A stretch of 60,327 bases of DNA from Fluviicoccus sp. (GTDB taxonomy: Bacteria > Pseudomonadota > Gammaproteobacteria > Pseudomonadales > Moraxellaceae): assembly GCA_036279775.1 (NCBI GenBank), contig DASUIM010000508.1, forward strand, positions 1-60,327, read 5' to 3'. A model generated the notes under the pieces. It ran no database searches. It was not told where the DNA came from and saw only the letters and a list, made by a program, of their open reading frames with translations. Both the position numbers and the translations under genes were made by a program. This document shows positions 26,190-35,451 of this stretch, piece after piece (position 1 is the stretch's first letter; each line of letters opens with the position of its first letter).

Positions 26190-27746
26190 TTATGCGGTGC
26201 GCCAGCTGCCGGACCGGCGGCGCGTCGTTGGTGCTGCTCCTGCGTAAATCATTCCACCGGCAAGGGCCTGCCCGTGCTGGCGTAGTGCGTCGGCCGCCTC
26301 GGAATGGCCACCAGCCTTGTCCGGCTCGTCGCTCCAGCAGCCTTGGCGCTCATTCCACTTCTTGCGGTAGCTCTCGATGTGGATAAGGCCATCTTTGCAG
26401 TGCTCTTCATCGAAATAGTAGGTCGGGAAAGCATCGCGCGTCTGGTTGATGCCCCAGTTCACGTCCTGGATTCGCGGCACTGTCTCGAAGCGATGGCCGG
26501 GCAGCAGTTCCTCGAGCATCTGCCGTGGCGACTTGTTCGTGCTCTGGCCTTGCCGAACGTGGTCGGCATCGTGCGGCAGGTAATGCTTGCTGAATACGAG
26601 CCCCAGCGAGTTGAGCCACTTCACGGCGGTGCTGTACGGCTCGCCCCACCACTCGCCAAAGCGTATCCACCGGTTCTCCATGCCGACACGCTGCAGCACC
26701 CACACGGCCATGCCATCGCTGTTGCCGATGTCCCAGAAGGTCATGCACGGCACGCTGTCCAGCAGCGGCAGGCGGCGGATGCGGCCATCCTTGCGCGCGG
26801 CAGTCAGCTGGGTAACGTAGTAGCAGCCCTCGGTGCTCTTCTGGAAAGCCTCTTCCGGCGTGCTCGGGTACTCCTGCCACATGCGCTCCTCGGCGCCGGA
26901 GAAGTCAGCGTCACGGGTCGCCACGTACCAGGCGCGCTGCTCGGCATCGATGGTGGTCGCAAGCTTTGCCTCGAGGCTGTCGAAATACTCATGGTCTTTG
27001 GCCGTGACGATCACGCCGTCCGGGTCCATGCGGTAGCCCGGCTCCTGGTGCCACGGGAAGAAGTGGAAGCGGTAGTCGCGCTCGGTGAGCGGCTTCTTCT
27101 GCTCATGCAGCGCCATGGCCCGCTGCGTCATATCGTAGAACTCGCCCTCTCGGCCTTCGGCGGTGGACTCGATCACCAGCACGCCAGACTTAGGCACGGC
27201 CGGGATGGAGCCGGTAACGACTTCCTTCGCCTTGTCAGGGTACTTGGCGCATATCTTGCCGAACTCGGAAATGTGCAGGCGGTGGATCGTGCCGGAGCGC
27301 ATGGACGTAGCCACGCGGATGGAGCTGTTGTTGTGGGCGAACAGCAGCTCGGTGGCGCTGTCACGCCGTAGGGGCATGGCCTCCCTCAAGGCCGGCGGCA
27401 GGTTCTCATAGGCGAACTTCACCTTGTCGCGGAAGATCACCTCGGCCGCCTCGCGGTCTTGGGCGATGATGCCGCAGCGCACGTTGGCATTGAACAGGGC
27501 GTGGTCGAGCCAGACGATAGCAATCAGGGTGGTGAAACCCAGCTGACGGGCCTTCAGGATCAGGTTGCGATGCCACAGGCGCTCGATGAAACGCCGCTGC
27601 GCACGGTTCGGCTTAAACTGGATAACCAGCCCTTCCTCGTCGTTGTCGCCCTTGATGATGATCTTGTAGAGGTTGGACAGGCGCCACATGGGATCAGCCA
27701 GGTTGCGCGCCAGCTCCTCTAGGGCCTTGTCGTCCACGGCTCCCAC
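26190..27746 (-). CDS. terL: Terminase large subunit
   Basis: ILKARQLGFTT Walker A, LHISE Walker B, ESTAEG, WDIG and ADALR nuclease motifs. Confidence 0.95.
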   Translation of the reverse strand: MGAVDDKALEELARNLADPMWRLSNLYKIIIKGDNDEEGLVIQFKPNRAQRRFIERLWHRNLILKARQLGFTTLIAIVWLDHALFNANVRCGIIAQDREAAEVIFRDKVKFAYENLPPALREAMPLRRDSATELLFAHNNSSIRVATSMRSGTIHRLHISEFGKICAKYPDKAKEVVTGSIPAVPKSGVLVIESTAEGREGEFYDMTQRAMALHEQKKPLTERDYRFHFFPWHQEPGYRMDPDGVIVTAKDHEYFDSLEAKLATTIDAEQRAWYVATRDADFSGAEERMWQEYPSTPEEAFQKSTEGCYYVTQLTAARKDGRIRRLPLLDSVPCMTFWDIGNSDGMAVWVLQRVGMENRWIRFGEWWGEPYSTAVKWLNSLGLVFSKHYLPHDADHVRQGQSTNKSPRQMLEELLPGHRFETVPRIQDVNWGINQTRDAFPTYYFDEEHCKDGLIHIESYRKKWNERQGCWSDEPDKAGGHSEAADALRQHGQALAGGMIYAGAAPTTRRRSGSWRTA

Positions 27747-28382
27747 TTATTCCGCGTCTTTCTTTACCGGCAGGCTTGTACCGCCAACCTGCGTCAGCAG
27801 CGCAACGAGCGGGTTCTCAGGGTCGCCCTGCAGCTTCACCTTGTCCTGGTTCCAGCCCATCATGCGGGCGATGCTGTCGAGTGCCGCCTTCTTGTCGTGC
27901 CACTTGATCTTTTGGGTCACGCCGATGGCCGGCGAGTCCTCGCCCATCTTGATCTCGTCCACCTCGAAGCCCTGCAGCGCGGCGGCCGTGTCAGCGTCCA
28001 TGTCCGGCACCTTCTTCAGCGTGCCGTCCTCGTTGTAGAACCTGCGCGGGTCCAGGAATGCCAGCTTGGCGTACTCCTCGAGCACGCGCTCACGGGTGAT
28101 TTCCAGCTTGTTCGCGGTCTTTTGGCGGGCCTCTTCGATGGCCTGCTGGATTTCAGGTTTTTTCAGGAGGTCGAATGCCTGCGATCCTGCCGTCTTTGGG
28201 CTGTAGCCGGCACGGATTGCCGCCTGAGTGGCGTTGAGGTCAACCAGGTATTCGTCAATGAAACGCTGTTGCTTGTGGTTAAGCGTTTCTTGATTCGCCG
28301 GCTTACGAGTCTTCGCTCTCGTACTTTTGGCTGAGGCGGCTTCCGGCTTCCCGCTGTCAGGTTGCGACTTCCGCGTCGTCAC
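27747..28382 (-). CDS. terS: Terminase small subunit
   Basis: FIDEYLVDLNATQAAIRAGYS; GTG 28382 with RBS AAGGA. Confidence 0.92.
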   Translation of the reverse strand: MTTRKSQPDSGKPEAASAKSTRAKTRKPANQETLNHKQQRFIDEYLVDLNATQAAIRAGYSPKTAGSQAFDLLKKPEIQQAIEEARQKTANKLEITRERVLEEYAKLAFLDPRRFYNEDGTLKKVPDMDADTAAALQGFEVDEIKMGEDSPAIGVTQKIKWHDKKAALDSIARMMGWNQDKVKLQGDPENPLVALLTQVGGTSLPVKKDAE

Positions 28383-28481
28383 GTCGTGTTTCCTTGTCAA
28401 TCTGCGGCTTTGCAGGGTCGTGCCGCAGTTTTGTGCATTGCGAAAAGACAAGCTTCGCGGTACAGCGAATCTTGTTGCATC

Positions 28482-28520
28482 TGGTTCTATCAACGAACCG
28501 ATGTTATCACTATCACACCA
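28482..28520. promoter_or_regulatory. Tandem operator-like boxes upstream of terS
   Basis: TGGTTCTATCAACGAACCG 28482-28500; TGTTATCACTATCACACCA 28502-28520. Confidence 0.5.
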
Positions 28521-28550
28521 TAGGCAACAGGAACAGGCGGGGGCTATTGA

Positions 28551-28946
28551 ATGTCATTCACCGAGAGAATCCGATCACATGGCCAGGGTGGGATGATCCC
28601 CGAGGATTCCATCTCCCTGACGCATGGGATCAGGTACGTCGTGCGCCACATGGGCAACGGCGTGCACCGCATTCTCTCCAGTGAGATGGTCCCCTTGGAA
28701 GAACTCAGGGCCGAGGCGAAAACCGGCGGTCGTTACCAGGTTCCCTTTCCGCCCCCCAGTTGGATGCGCGACATCGGAGTCGCTGCCCTCGAGGCCATCG
28801 GCATCGAGCCTTCCCCGATCCAACGTAACCGAGTCACGGTCGAGGCTTTCATCCGCCCCATAGACGACGCCACCATCGAGGTGATCGGGTGGCGCGTTGG
28901 TTTGATTGGCGGAAGCGGTGGGATTCGAACCCACGGAACTGGGTGA
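28551..28946 (+). CDS. Opposite-strand hypothetical protein overlapping the tRNA 3' end
   Basis: G/C-ending codon bias; fills an otherwise empty gap; start uncertain. Confidence 0.55.
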   Translation: MSFTERIRSHGQGGMIPEDSISLTHGIRYVVRHMGNGVHRILSSEMVPLEELRAEAKTGGRYQVPFPPPSWMRDIGVAALEAIGIEPSPIQRNRVTVEAFIRPIDDATIEVIGWRVGLIGGSGGIRTHGTG

Positions 28947-28997
28947 GAGTTCGCCGGATTTCAAATCCGATGCAATCGGCCACTCTGCCACGCTTCC
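28907..28997 (-). tRNA. trnS: tRNA-Ser (anticodon TGA)
   Basis: GGAAGCG acceptor, D-loop GAGTGG, TCGGA-TTTGAAA-TCCGG anticodon arm, long variable arm, GGTTCGAATCC, encoded CCA; TATAAT at 29006-29011. Confidence 0.96.
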
Positions 28998-29006
28998 ATA
29001 CCCAAA

Positions 29007-29198
29007 TTATAACCTAACCTCCTCATCCGCAAGGAACATTCGGCAACTTTCCACCGCGTTGCCGGGTTTGAATGTCGGGGCCATACTGTAATCGACCGGC
29101 AGCCAGCGTTCCGGCTGGCCGGTGTCTACGTGGCGCCCGCATTTCTCCTTGATCGGACAGAAGCGGCCTTCGCACCGCTGCTCCCTAGCCTGGTTCAT
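29007..29198 (-). CDS. Small Cys-rich hypothetical protein
   Basis: CEGRFCPIKEKCGR; coupled start/stop. Confidence 0.65.
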   Translation of the reverse strand: MNQAREQRCEGRFCPIKEKCGRHVDTGQPERWLPVDYSMAPTFKPGNAVESCRMFLADEEVRL

Positions 29199-29335
29199 AT
29201 CCCACTCCCCCATGGCCGCGCCCAGATGGGCAGTTTCATCAGCAGCGGCTTGCCGGCCTTGTAGCCGTAGTGGACGTAGCCGTTTGCCTGCGCCCAGGTC
29301 TGCCAGCAGATGATGCTGCGTGCGGTGTTGGTCAT
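29195..29335 (-). CDS. Hypothetical protein (46 aa)
   Basis: ATGA-coupled at both ends; RBS GGAGG. Confidence 0.55.
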   Translation of the reverse strand: MTNTARSIICWQTWAQANGYVHYGYKAGKPLLMKLPIWARPWGSGI

Positions 29336-29526
29336 GCCATCCTCCCCAGCGTGTAGCTGATCAGTCCCACGGCGAGGATTAATGCCAACACCTTGGCAAG
29401 AAAGATCAGCGCCTCTGCACCTATCTGCTCGTCGTGCCATGTGCTTCTGTTGTCCCCGCAGTAGTGGCAATGGGTTTCCCCCTTCCGCCAAGCATGGCCA
29501 CAGCCACGGCATGTCAGTATCTTCAT
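29332..29526 (-). CDS. Zn-ribbon plus TM small protein
   Basis: CRGC...CHYC and a C-terminal hydrophobic helix. Confidence 0.65.
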   Translation of the reverse strand: MKILTCRGCGHAWRKGETHCHYCGDNRSTWHDEQIGAEALIFLAKVLALILAVGLISYTLGRMA

Positions 29527-29753
29527 GCTCTCCCCTTGTATCCGTGTGTCCGGCGCCGGCTATCCCGTGCGTCCCTCCGGTGGCACGCGACACACGATCT
29601 GTTGCCAGTGTAGCGCAGCGTGCCGCCACAATGGCCGCATGCCGTGGCGCTGGTGAAAGTTGGCTGCCCCGCCTCCCTTGCGGCCAACCATGCCGCGTCT
29701 TTGCTGACGCGCTTCCCCCGTGGCTTGGGGGTGGTGCTGTTCACGTCCATCAT
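29523..29753 (-). CDS. Small Zn-finger protein
   Basis: ACGHCG..RYT.N.SCVAC; coupled start. Confidence 0.65.
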   Translation of the reverse strand: MMDVNSTTPKPRGKRVSKDAAWLAAREAGQPTFTSATACGHCGGTLRYTGNRSCVACHRRDARDSRRRTHGYKGRA

Positions 29754-30223
29754 GCGCCCCCTTCCAGCAGCAGGGCAGGAACCAGCACCACAGGGCCAAT
29801 CTTGTGGGCTACCAGGCAGCGCATTGCCGCAACCAGCGCCAGGGACTCGTGCCAGCCGAATGCACGCTTTCCGGTTACACCCGCCTCCCATGTGCAGGCA
29901 TGCCAGTAGCCGGCCTCGCTCCAGCCATGTAACGGGCCGCCGTTGCGGTGCACGCGCGCCTTCGGCGACTGGATGCTGATGCTGTACTTGTCCAGCAGCG
30001 GGCCGCCATCGTTCCAGCTGCGGGAAGGGCTGGGCGTCCAGCCAAGCACCGTCGTCTTACCGTTCTCGTCCTCGCGCTCCCAGCGCATCTCGATGCGGTA
30101 GTCGTGCCGATAGCCCAGCTGAGTGATGCCCGTGCACTGCCAGCCATCGGCAACCATTGCCGCCCAATCCAGCGCGTAGCCTTCCAGCTCGGCGGTCTTC
30201 ACTTCGATCATGTCGGCCATCAC
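29750..30223 (-). CDS. NinX/DUF2591-like protein
   Basis: EVKTAELEGYALDWA...PSRSWNDGGPLL...LVAAMRCLVA. Confidence 0.78.
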   Translation of the reverse strand: MMADMIEVKTAELEGYALDWAAMVADGWQCTGITQLGYRHDYRIEMRWEREDENGKTTVLGWTPSPSRSWNDGGPLLDKYSISIQSPKARVHRNGGPLHGWSEAGYWHACTWEAGVTGKRAFGWHESLALVAAMRCLVAHKIGPVVLVPALLLEGGA

Positions 30224-31017
30224 ACGCCCTCCGGCTTCGGCGCTGCGGACAGCAGGGAAATGATGCGATCTCGCAGTTCGTGGTCTTCTGGACCAAGCGC
30301 GGACTTTGCTTCAAGTAGCAGTGAGACCGCGCGCTTAAGAGCAGAGAAAACAACCTGGGCTTCCTGTATCGATGCAAGCGCAGTAGCCATGTCTTTATGC
30401 AAACCATCCGGCACGGCCACCGGCTGGGCGCTGGCGGGCTGCTGGGCGAATACGGGCTGCGTCGCGTAACGATCAAGGTGCGGGTACAGGAACGCGCACA
30501 CCCCATCTTTCATTGCTGGCAATTCTTCCGGCGCAACATACCCAATCGGCTCGGCCTGCCGCTCCACCGGCTGCGCTGCCTCGGCGGCGGCGATGGCGGC
30601 GCGGTACACGTCAGCGGCGCGGCGGAAATGAGCTGGCACTGCTGCCGTGCTGAAATGCAATGGCGCATTCCCGCCGTTCCACGTTTCATGTGCTTTGGCG
30701 AACGGTTCCAGCGCCGCCAGCAGCTGCTGGTTCACCGGCTCCGGCTGGGTGGCAGCGATGGCGGTACGCGGCACGAGCGGAACAAGCACCGCGCCCCCAA
30801 CCTCGCCCATCTCTGTCGGTTCAAACCTGCTGACGCGCCACACTTCTCCATCTCGCAACACAGCCCAAGCCACCGGCTGCTGTGTGTTCTGTTGCTTCAC
30901 CAGCTCAGTCAGCAGCGCGTCGGCCTGCTTGGCGATCTCCACGATGGGCTTGTCGGTCATCCCGTCCTGGGCGAAGAAACTCAGGCGGGTCAGTAGGTCC
31001 TTGATCCTGGCATCCAT
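30220..31017 (-). CDS. Hypothetical mosaic early protein
   Basis: QPVAW and LSAAPKPE modular motifs; RBS GGAGG. Confidence 0.7.
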   Translation of the reverse strand: MDARIKDLLTRLSFFAQDGMTDKPIVEIAKQADALLTELVKQQNTQQPVAWAVLRDGEVWRVSRFEPTEMGEVGGAVLVPLVPRTAIAATQPEPVNQQLLAALEPFAKAHETWNGGNAPLHFSTAAVPAHFRRAADVYRAAIAAAEAAQPVERQAEPIGYVAPEELPAMKDGVCAFLYPHLDRYATQPVFAQQPASAQPVAVPDGLHKDMATALASIQEAQVVFSALKRAVSLLLEAKSALGPEDHELRDRIISLLSAAPKPEGV

Positions 31018-31027
31018 ATGCCTCCCT

Positions 31028-31780
31028 TCATGCCGCGTCGGCGGCTTGTTGCTTCTTGTCCATGGCGGCCTTCACCTTCAGGATCGTGCGCAGGGTGCGC
31101 CCCAGCTCCTCACCGTGCTTGCGGATAAGCGCGATGGTGGTCGGGAATGGCTTCGTCATGTCGTTGATGAGCGTGTACACGATGGCCGCCACCGTCCGGG
31201 CGGATGTCGATACCTGCTCCTCGGTCAGGCCGGACCGTTCGGCGATCTCCGGGACCTTGCCGCCGTCCATCACCTCGAGCGCAACCTGGTAGCACTCCGG
31301 CTCGAGGCTATCGAACTGTTCGTGGATCTTCTCCACCAGGATTTCGCGGCTGCTGGAGTTGGCCGACTGGTACACACCGAGCGGGATTTCCGGCAGCACG
31401 GCGCGTAGCCCCTCCAGCATCGGCTCGATACGCACGGCCAGATGGTCCGGGATCGGGTCGCGGTCGTCGCTGTCGTAATACTCCTGCAGGGCGTTGCGGG
31501 CCTCGTCGCACATGGCTTCGAAGTTCGGCATGTGCATGCCGTAGGCGATGCCCTTGCTTACACGGTAGAAGTGGCCCAGCAGGTTGAAGGCGCCGGGCGA
31601 ATAGTCGCGGCGGGCCTCATCCCATGCGCTGTTCATGGATACCAGCACATGTATCTGCTCCATCTCGCTCAGGCGCCGGCTGTCGGAGTTCCACAGCACA
31701 TCTGCCAGCACGCTCATATGGCTGCCACCGGTCACGCGGCGCGGGGTGTACTTCTTGCGGGGCTTCTTGCTCTTGCTCAT
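31028..31780 (-). CDS. Hypothetical protein with C-terminal HTH-like segment
   Basis: KKPRKKYTPR start; VPEIAERSGLTEEQV. Confidence 0.7.
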   Translation of the reverse strand: MSKSKKPRKKYTPRRVTGGSHMSVLADVLWNSDSRRLSEMEQIHVLVSMNSAWDEARRDYSPGAFNLLGHFYRVSKGIAYGMHMPNFEAMCDEARNALQEYYDSDDRDPIPDHLAVRIEPMLEGLRAVLPEIPLGVYQSANSSSREILVEKIHEQFDSLEPECYQVALEVMDGGKVPEIAERSGLTEEQVSTSARTVAAIVYTLINDMTKPFPTTIALIRKHGEELGRTLRTILKVKAAMDKKQQAADAA

Positions 31781-31980
31781 TTCAGGCTTCCTTGCCAGCT
31801 CTGGCCGGTCTGCTCGCGGTACTCGCGGCGGGCTTGGGCTTCGCGGCGTTTCTGTCTCTGCTGTTCTGTCAGGGTGCTCTCGCGCTTGCTCACGGGCTTA
31901 TCCACCAGGCTGGAGATGTGGGCGCCGATAGCGTGCTGGATGTAGTCGTGGCGCATCTGGGTGTTCTCGCGGGCGCTCAT
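31777..31980 (-). CDS. Hypothetical protein (67 aa)
   Basis: ATGA-coupled at both ends. Confidence 0.6.
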   Translation of the reverse strand: MSARENTQMRHDYIQHAIGAHISSLVDKPVSKRESTLTEQQRQKRREAQARREYREQTGQSWQGSLK

Positions 31981-32468
31981 GCCTTGCCACCCTTCCGCTG
32001 CTGGCACACCTCGATGACACGCTCGCACTGGTCCTCGTCAAACCAGCCGATGTGGCACTCGCCCACCGGGATACCCAGCTTCCCGGCCAGCCAGGCATAC
32101 GCCTCGGATCGGGTCATCTGCCGGCTCTGCCAGATCGGGTTGAATTCCGCCTTGGCCTCCTTACGGGCCTCGCGCATCTCGAAGGTTGCCAGCGTGCCGA
32201 GCGGGATGTTGGTGAACGGGTGAACACCGACGTAAGAGTTGCAGTCATCGTCGGTGCAACGGTATGCCCACGGCCAGTCCCCATACTCGCGGCCGTAAAT
32301 CTTGGCATTGCTGCACAGCTCCACCTCGCTGCCGCAATGAGGGCAGGTGGTGGGAGCCGGCAGCGCGCCCTTCACGCGGGCGGTGGCCTTGCGCGACGGG
32401 TTCCATGGGGTTTTCTCAGGTTTCATCACGCCAACCTTGGCGAAGGCTTCTTGCATTGCGGTGCTCAT
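31977..32468 (-). CDS. DUF3268-like Zn-finger protein
   Basis: CPHCG...C..C.SYVGVH...PLGTLA...AYAWLA..LGI....CHIGWF. Confidence 0.82.
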   Translation of the reverse strand: MSTAMQEAFAKVGVMKPEKTPWNPSRKATARVKGALPAPTTCPHCGSEVELCSNAKIYGREYGDWPWAYRCTDDDCNSYVGVHPFTNIPLGTLATFEMREARKEAKAEFNPIWQSRQMTRSEAYAWLAGKLGIPVGECHIGWFDEDQCERVIEVCQQRKGGKA

Positions 32469-32824
32469 GCTTCACTCCCGAATTCGCTGCGGTGATTCTT
32501 CTCAGAGTTGACCATTGCGGCCGCCATTCGCCACGCTGCGTCTGCCACGTCGTAAAAGTTCATGTGGTGGATGTAATCAACACCGCCGGCCTGTATGGAT
32601 GCGTTGATGATTGCGTTCATGGCAGCCATGGCGAACAAGGCGGCCTGCGGCTGGCTTTCCGTCGTGGCATCTGCCTTTTCGGTTCGCTTGCAGCGATGCG
32701 GCGTGCCGTCTTTGTTGTACGGCTTGCGATTGCTGAACGTGATCGGCTGCTGACAGAACTTGCACACATAGCCACGCGAACCCGGCAGGTACCAAGAAAC
32801 GTCGTGATAGTCCTCTGCGCTCAT
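32465..32824 (-). CDS. Hypothetical protein
   Basis: CKFC...PYNKDGTPHRC; coupled. Confidence 0.7.
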   Translation of the reverse strand: MSAEDYHDVSWYLPGSRGYVCKFCQQPITFSNRKPYNKDGTPHRCKRTEKADATTESQPQAALFAMAAMNAIINASIQAGGVDYIHHMNFYDVADAAWRMAAAMVNSEKNHRSEFGSEA

Positions 32825-33141
32825 GCCTCCACCCCCATGCTATCCAGTCGTGCCTTCAGCTTGGCGATTGTTACCCGGCACTCTGCTGCCTTGCGGTCGC
32901 GCCATGCGTCGATCTCGGCCAGGCGGACGCCGTACTGCAGTTGTTCGCGGCGCCTGGCTCGGGTGGCGCGGTCTGCCAGACCTTCCAACAGGCGCTGCTC
33001 GCGCTCCAGGTCGCGCTGTACGACGCGAACGGCTCGGCGGTGCATCCACGCACGGAAGCGGTCAGAAATCGTCGCCTTGCCCGGTTCCTGCGCCTCCGGC
33101 GGGTATGCAGGCTTGTCCAGCTCATCAATGATTGCAGTCAT
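32821..33141 (-). CDS. Hypothetical coiled-coil protein
   Basis: RBS GAGGA 6 nt before ATG 33141; coupled stop. Confidence 0.6.
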   Translation of the reverse strand: MTAIIDELDKPAYPPEAQEPGKATISDRFRAWMHRRAVRVVQRDLEREQRLLEGLADRATRARRREQLQYGVRLAEIDAWRDRKAAECRVTIAKLKARLDSMGVEA

Positions 33142-33218
33142 GGTCATTCCTCGGTGATTTTTTGCGATACCGGGCTGATTGCCCACTGCAGCCGCCTGTC
33201 ACGCGGCTGGGGTGGTGG

Positions 33219-34118
33219 TCAGTTTCCGGTATCCAGCCCGCCCATGGTGGCGATCAGATCGGTAACCAGCTCGCCCAGCTCCTCGGCCATCAGCAGGAAG
33301 GTGGCCTCGAACAGGGTTGCCATGTCGTCGCCGGCCTGCGCGGCCTCCTCCTGCAGCACGTCCAGGAACTGCAGGCGCTTCAGCTGCAGCTGGTCGGTCA
33401 GCACAAAGCGGATGCGCTCGCGGTAGATCAGGCCCAGCTCGGTAACCTGCTTGCCAGTGGCGATGTGCTGGCGGATTTCCTCGGCGGTCAGGTCGGCGCG
33501 GCTTACCTTCACCTTGGCGCCGTTCTCGCTGCCGTCCTTCAGGGTGGCGTCGCTGTCCAGCTCGAAACCGTTGGCAGCTTCGCCTGCGGCCAACCAGTCA
33601 GTCATCAGCGCGTGCGGTGCGATCTTGGTGCGCGGGATAGCGCACGGGAACGGCGGCAGGGCCTCGCGCAGCTCGGATACCAGCCGTTCAGCCTTCGTCG
33701 CGGTGGCGCTGTCCACCAGCAGGAAGCCGCGCGCCTGGTCGAGATAGGCGTGAGTGTGTGCGGCACGGGTGAAGGCACGCGGAAGCAGGTCGTCGGTGAT
33801 CTGCTCTTTCAGCGACAGCCGCTCCTTGCGGCCAACCTTGCGCATTTCCTGCGCTTCGATCTGTGCGACCTTCTTGTCCGTCGCCTCGCGGATCACACCA
33901 GCCGGCAGCACCTTGTCGTCGCGGCGCTGGCACACAAGGGCATGGGCGCCCATGGTGAACACCGGCAGTTCCAGATGGGCAGCGGACTTAACCCAGCCCT
34001 GGCTGAACCAGTCCAGCCCGGCCGGCTCGTTGAACGGGCGCTTTTCCAGCTGTTCCGCCAGTGCAGCGGTATCCACTGGCTCGCCCAGCACGAAAATGGA
34101 GAGTTGCTTAAACCACAT
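33219..34118 (-). CDS. rdgC: Recombination-associated protein RdgC
   Basis: MWFKQL..., KVLPAGVI, LKEQITDDLLPRAFTR, LMTDWL. Confidence 0.95.
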   Translation of the reverse strand: MWFKQLSIFVLGEPVDTAALAEQLEKRPFNEPAGLDWFSQGWVKSAAHLELPVFTMGAHALVCQRRDDKVLPAGVIREATDKKVAQIEAQEMRKVGRKERLSLKEQITDDLLPRAFTRAAHTHAYLDQARGFLLVDSATATKAERLVSELREALPPFPCAIPRTKIAPHALMTDWLAAGEAANGFELDSDATLKDGSENGAKVKVSRADLTAEEIRQHIATGKQVTELGLIYRERIRFVLTDQLQLKRLQFLDVLQEEAAQAGDDMATLFEATFLLMAEELGELVTDLIATMGGLDTGN

Positions 34119-34165
34119 GGGACACTTCCCTTCTTATCGTTGGCCGGCGCGTGGCCGGCGGTCGG

Positions 34166-34390
34166 TTACTTTTCGCCGAAGGCTTCTGCGGCGGTGGCGA
34201 ATACGGAGGACTCAGGCCACCAGTTACTGTCGCCAACGTAATACTTAGCTTCCACGGGCTTATCGCTGTTTACCACCACTTCCCAGTGCTGGATTTTGGC
34301 CTTCTTCACACTGCCGTTGCCTTGGCGGACGTATACATCCTGTCCCTTGGCAAACTGCGGCTTGATGATTTCCTTGATGTTGATTTCCAT
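34166..34390 (-). CDS. Hypothetical protein (74 aa)
   Basis: RBS GAGGA; codon bias. Confidence 0.65.
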   Translation of the reverse strand: MEINIKEIIKPQFAKGQDVYVRQGNGSVKKAKIQHWEVVVNSDKPVEAKYYVGDSNWWPESSVFATAAEAFGEK

Positions 34391-34434
34391 GGTCGTTTCC
34401 TCTGGATTGCCCGGCCGGAGCCGGGTGGGGGTCA

Positions 34435-35361
34435 TCAGATGTGGCAGTCAACCACCGTAATCGGGGTGTCGTCCGGCAGGCTGTCCAGCAGCTCGTTCAC
34501 CTTGCGGTTCCAGTCGGATTGCGAATCCTTGTCGTCGCTCATGCCGAACCAGCCCATTTCACCCTTGGCGATCCACTCGCCATCTTTCACGACCGCATAC
34601 AGCACGGTGGCGCGGTCGCGGGCCTGTTGGATGTATTCGTCGCGGGGTGTCAGGTACTCGTCAACGCCATCCCACGGATTGTCGAATGCCTTGCTCACTG
34701 CATCCTTGACGGGCTGGGCGTGGTAGGTGGTTCTGGCCGCCTCGATGTCTCCCGGATGGAGAACGTCGCGTACATGCACCCAGGCGTCCCAACGGGAGTC
34801 TTCTGCGAAACCTGCGGCAACCTTCGCGTCTTTTGCCTTGTCCCAACGCTCTGCCGCCTTGACGCCGGCATCGTTGCGCATCCCGTCGAAGTCGATGTCC
34901 TTCTTCAGGGCCTGGTCTGCGCGATCCGGGCCACGCGCTGCGCACGAACCCAGCAGGCCCGGGCTGCCAACTTCACCTACCGAACCCGGCTTCAGCTTGA
35001 GGAAGCCAGACCAGCGGCCACCTACCTGCCACCAGTCCCATTTCTTGTTCGGGTTGGTGCGGCGTACTGCCTTGATAAGCTGGCCGTCCTGTACGATGGC
35101 GTAGCCCCACTTGTGCGGGCAGTCGTCGCCGTCCTTCTGCACCTCGCTCTCGTTAGCGACGATGGTTTTTTCCAGGCCGTAGTATTCCAGCGCCTCGACA
35201 AGTGTGTCCGGCTCGTCACCGGTCATCTGCTCGCGCACGTCATCGGTAATATCCACGTCCTGCACATACTGGTCGTTGCAACCAGTGCATTCGAATTCGT
35301 GGTATGGGGCCAGTTGTTGCTCGACGTTCTCGCCGATTACCAGCACTGCGAAATGGCTCAT
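34435..35361 (-). CDS. Conserved phage hypothetical protein
   Basis: MSHFAVLV...NPNKKWDWWQVGGRW...GEMGWFG...VVDCHI. Confidence 0.8.
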   Translation of the reverse strand: MSHFAVLVIGENVEQQLAPYHEFECTGCNDQYVQDVDITDDVREQMTGDEPDTLVEALEYYGLEKTIVANESEVQKDGDDCPHKWGYAIVQDGQLIKAVRRTNPNKKWDWWQVGGRWSGFLKLKPGSVGEVGSPGLLGSCAARGPDRADQALKKDIDFDGMRNDAGVKAAERWDKAKDAKVAAGFAEDSRWDAWVHVRDVLHPGDIEAARTTYHAQPVKDAVSKAFDNPWDGVDEYLTPRDEYIQQARDRATVLYAVVKDGEWIAKGEMGWFGMSDDKDSQSDWNRKVNELLDSLPDDTPITVVDCHI

Positions 35362-35451
35362 GGGATACTTCCCTTCTTGGTTATTGGCCGGACGTTGCCG
35401 GCGGTCCTCGGATGTCGTTATTGTGGCGCGCGTGGCGCCCGGGTAGGTTGG

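Larger units (their letters stand above)
34116..35406. repeat. ~48-bp imperfect direct repeat (34116-34163 and 35359-35406) containing RBS and start codon
   Basis: CATGGGA(C/T)ACTTCCCTTCTT...TTGGCCGG..CGT.GCCGGCGGTC at both sites. Confidence 0.8.
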
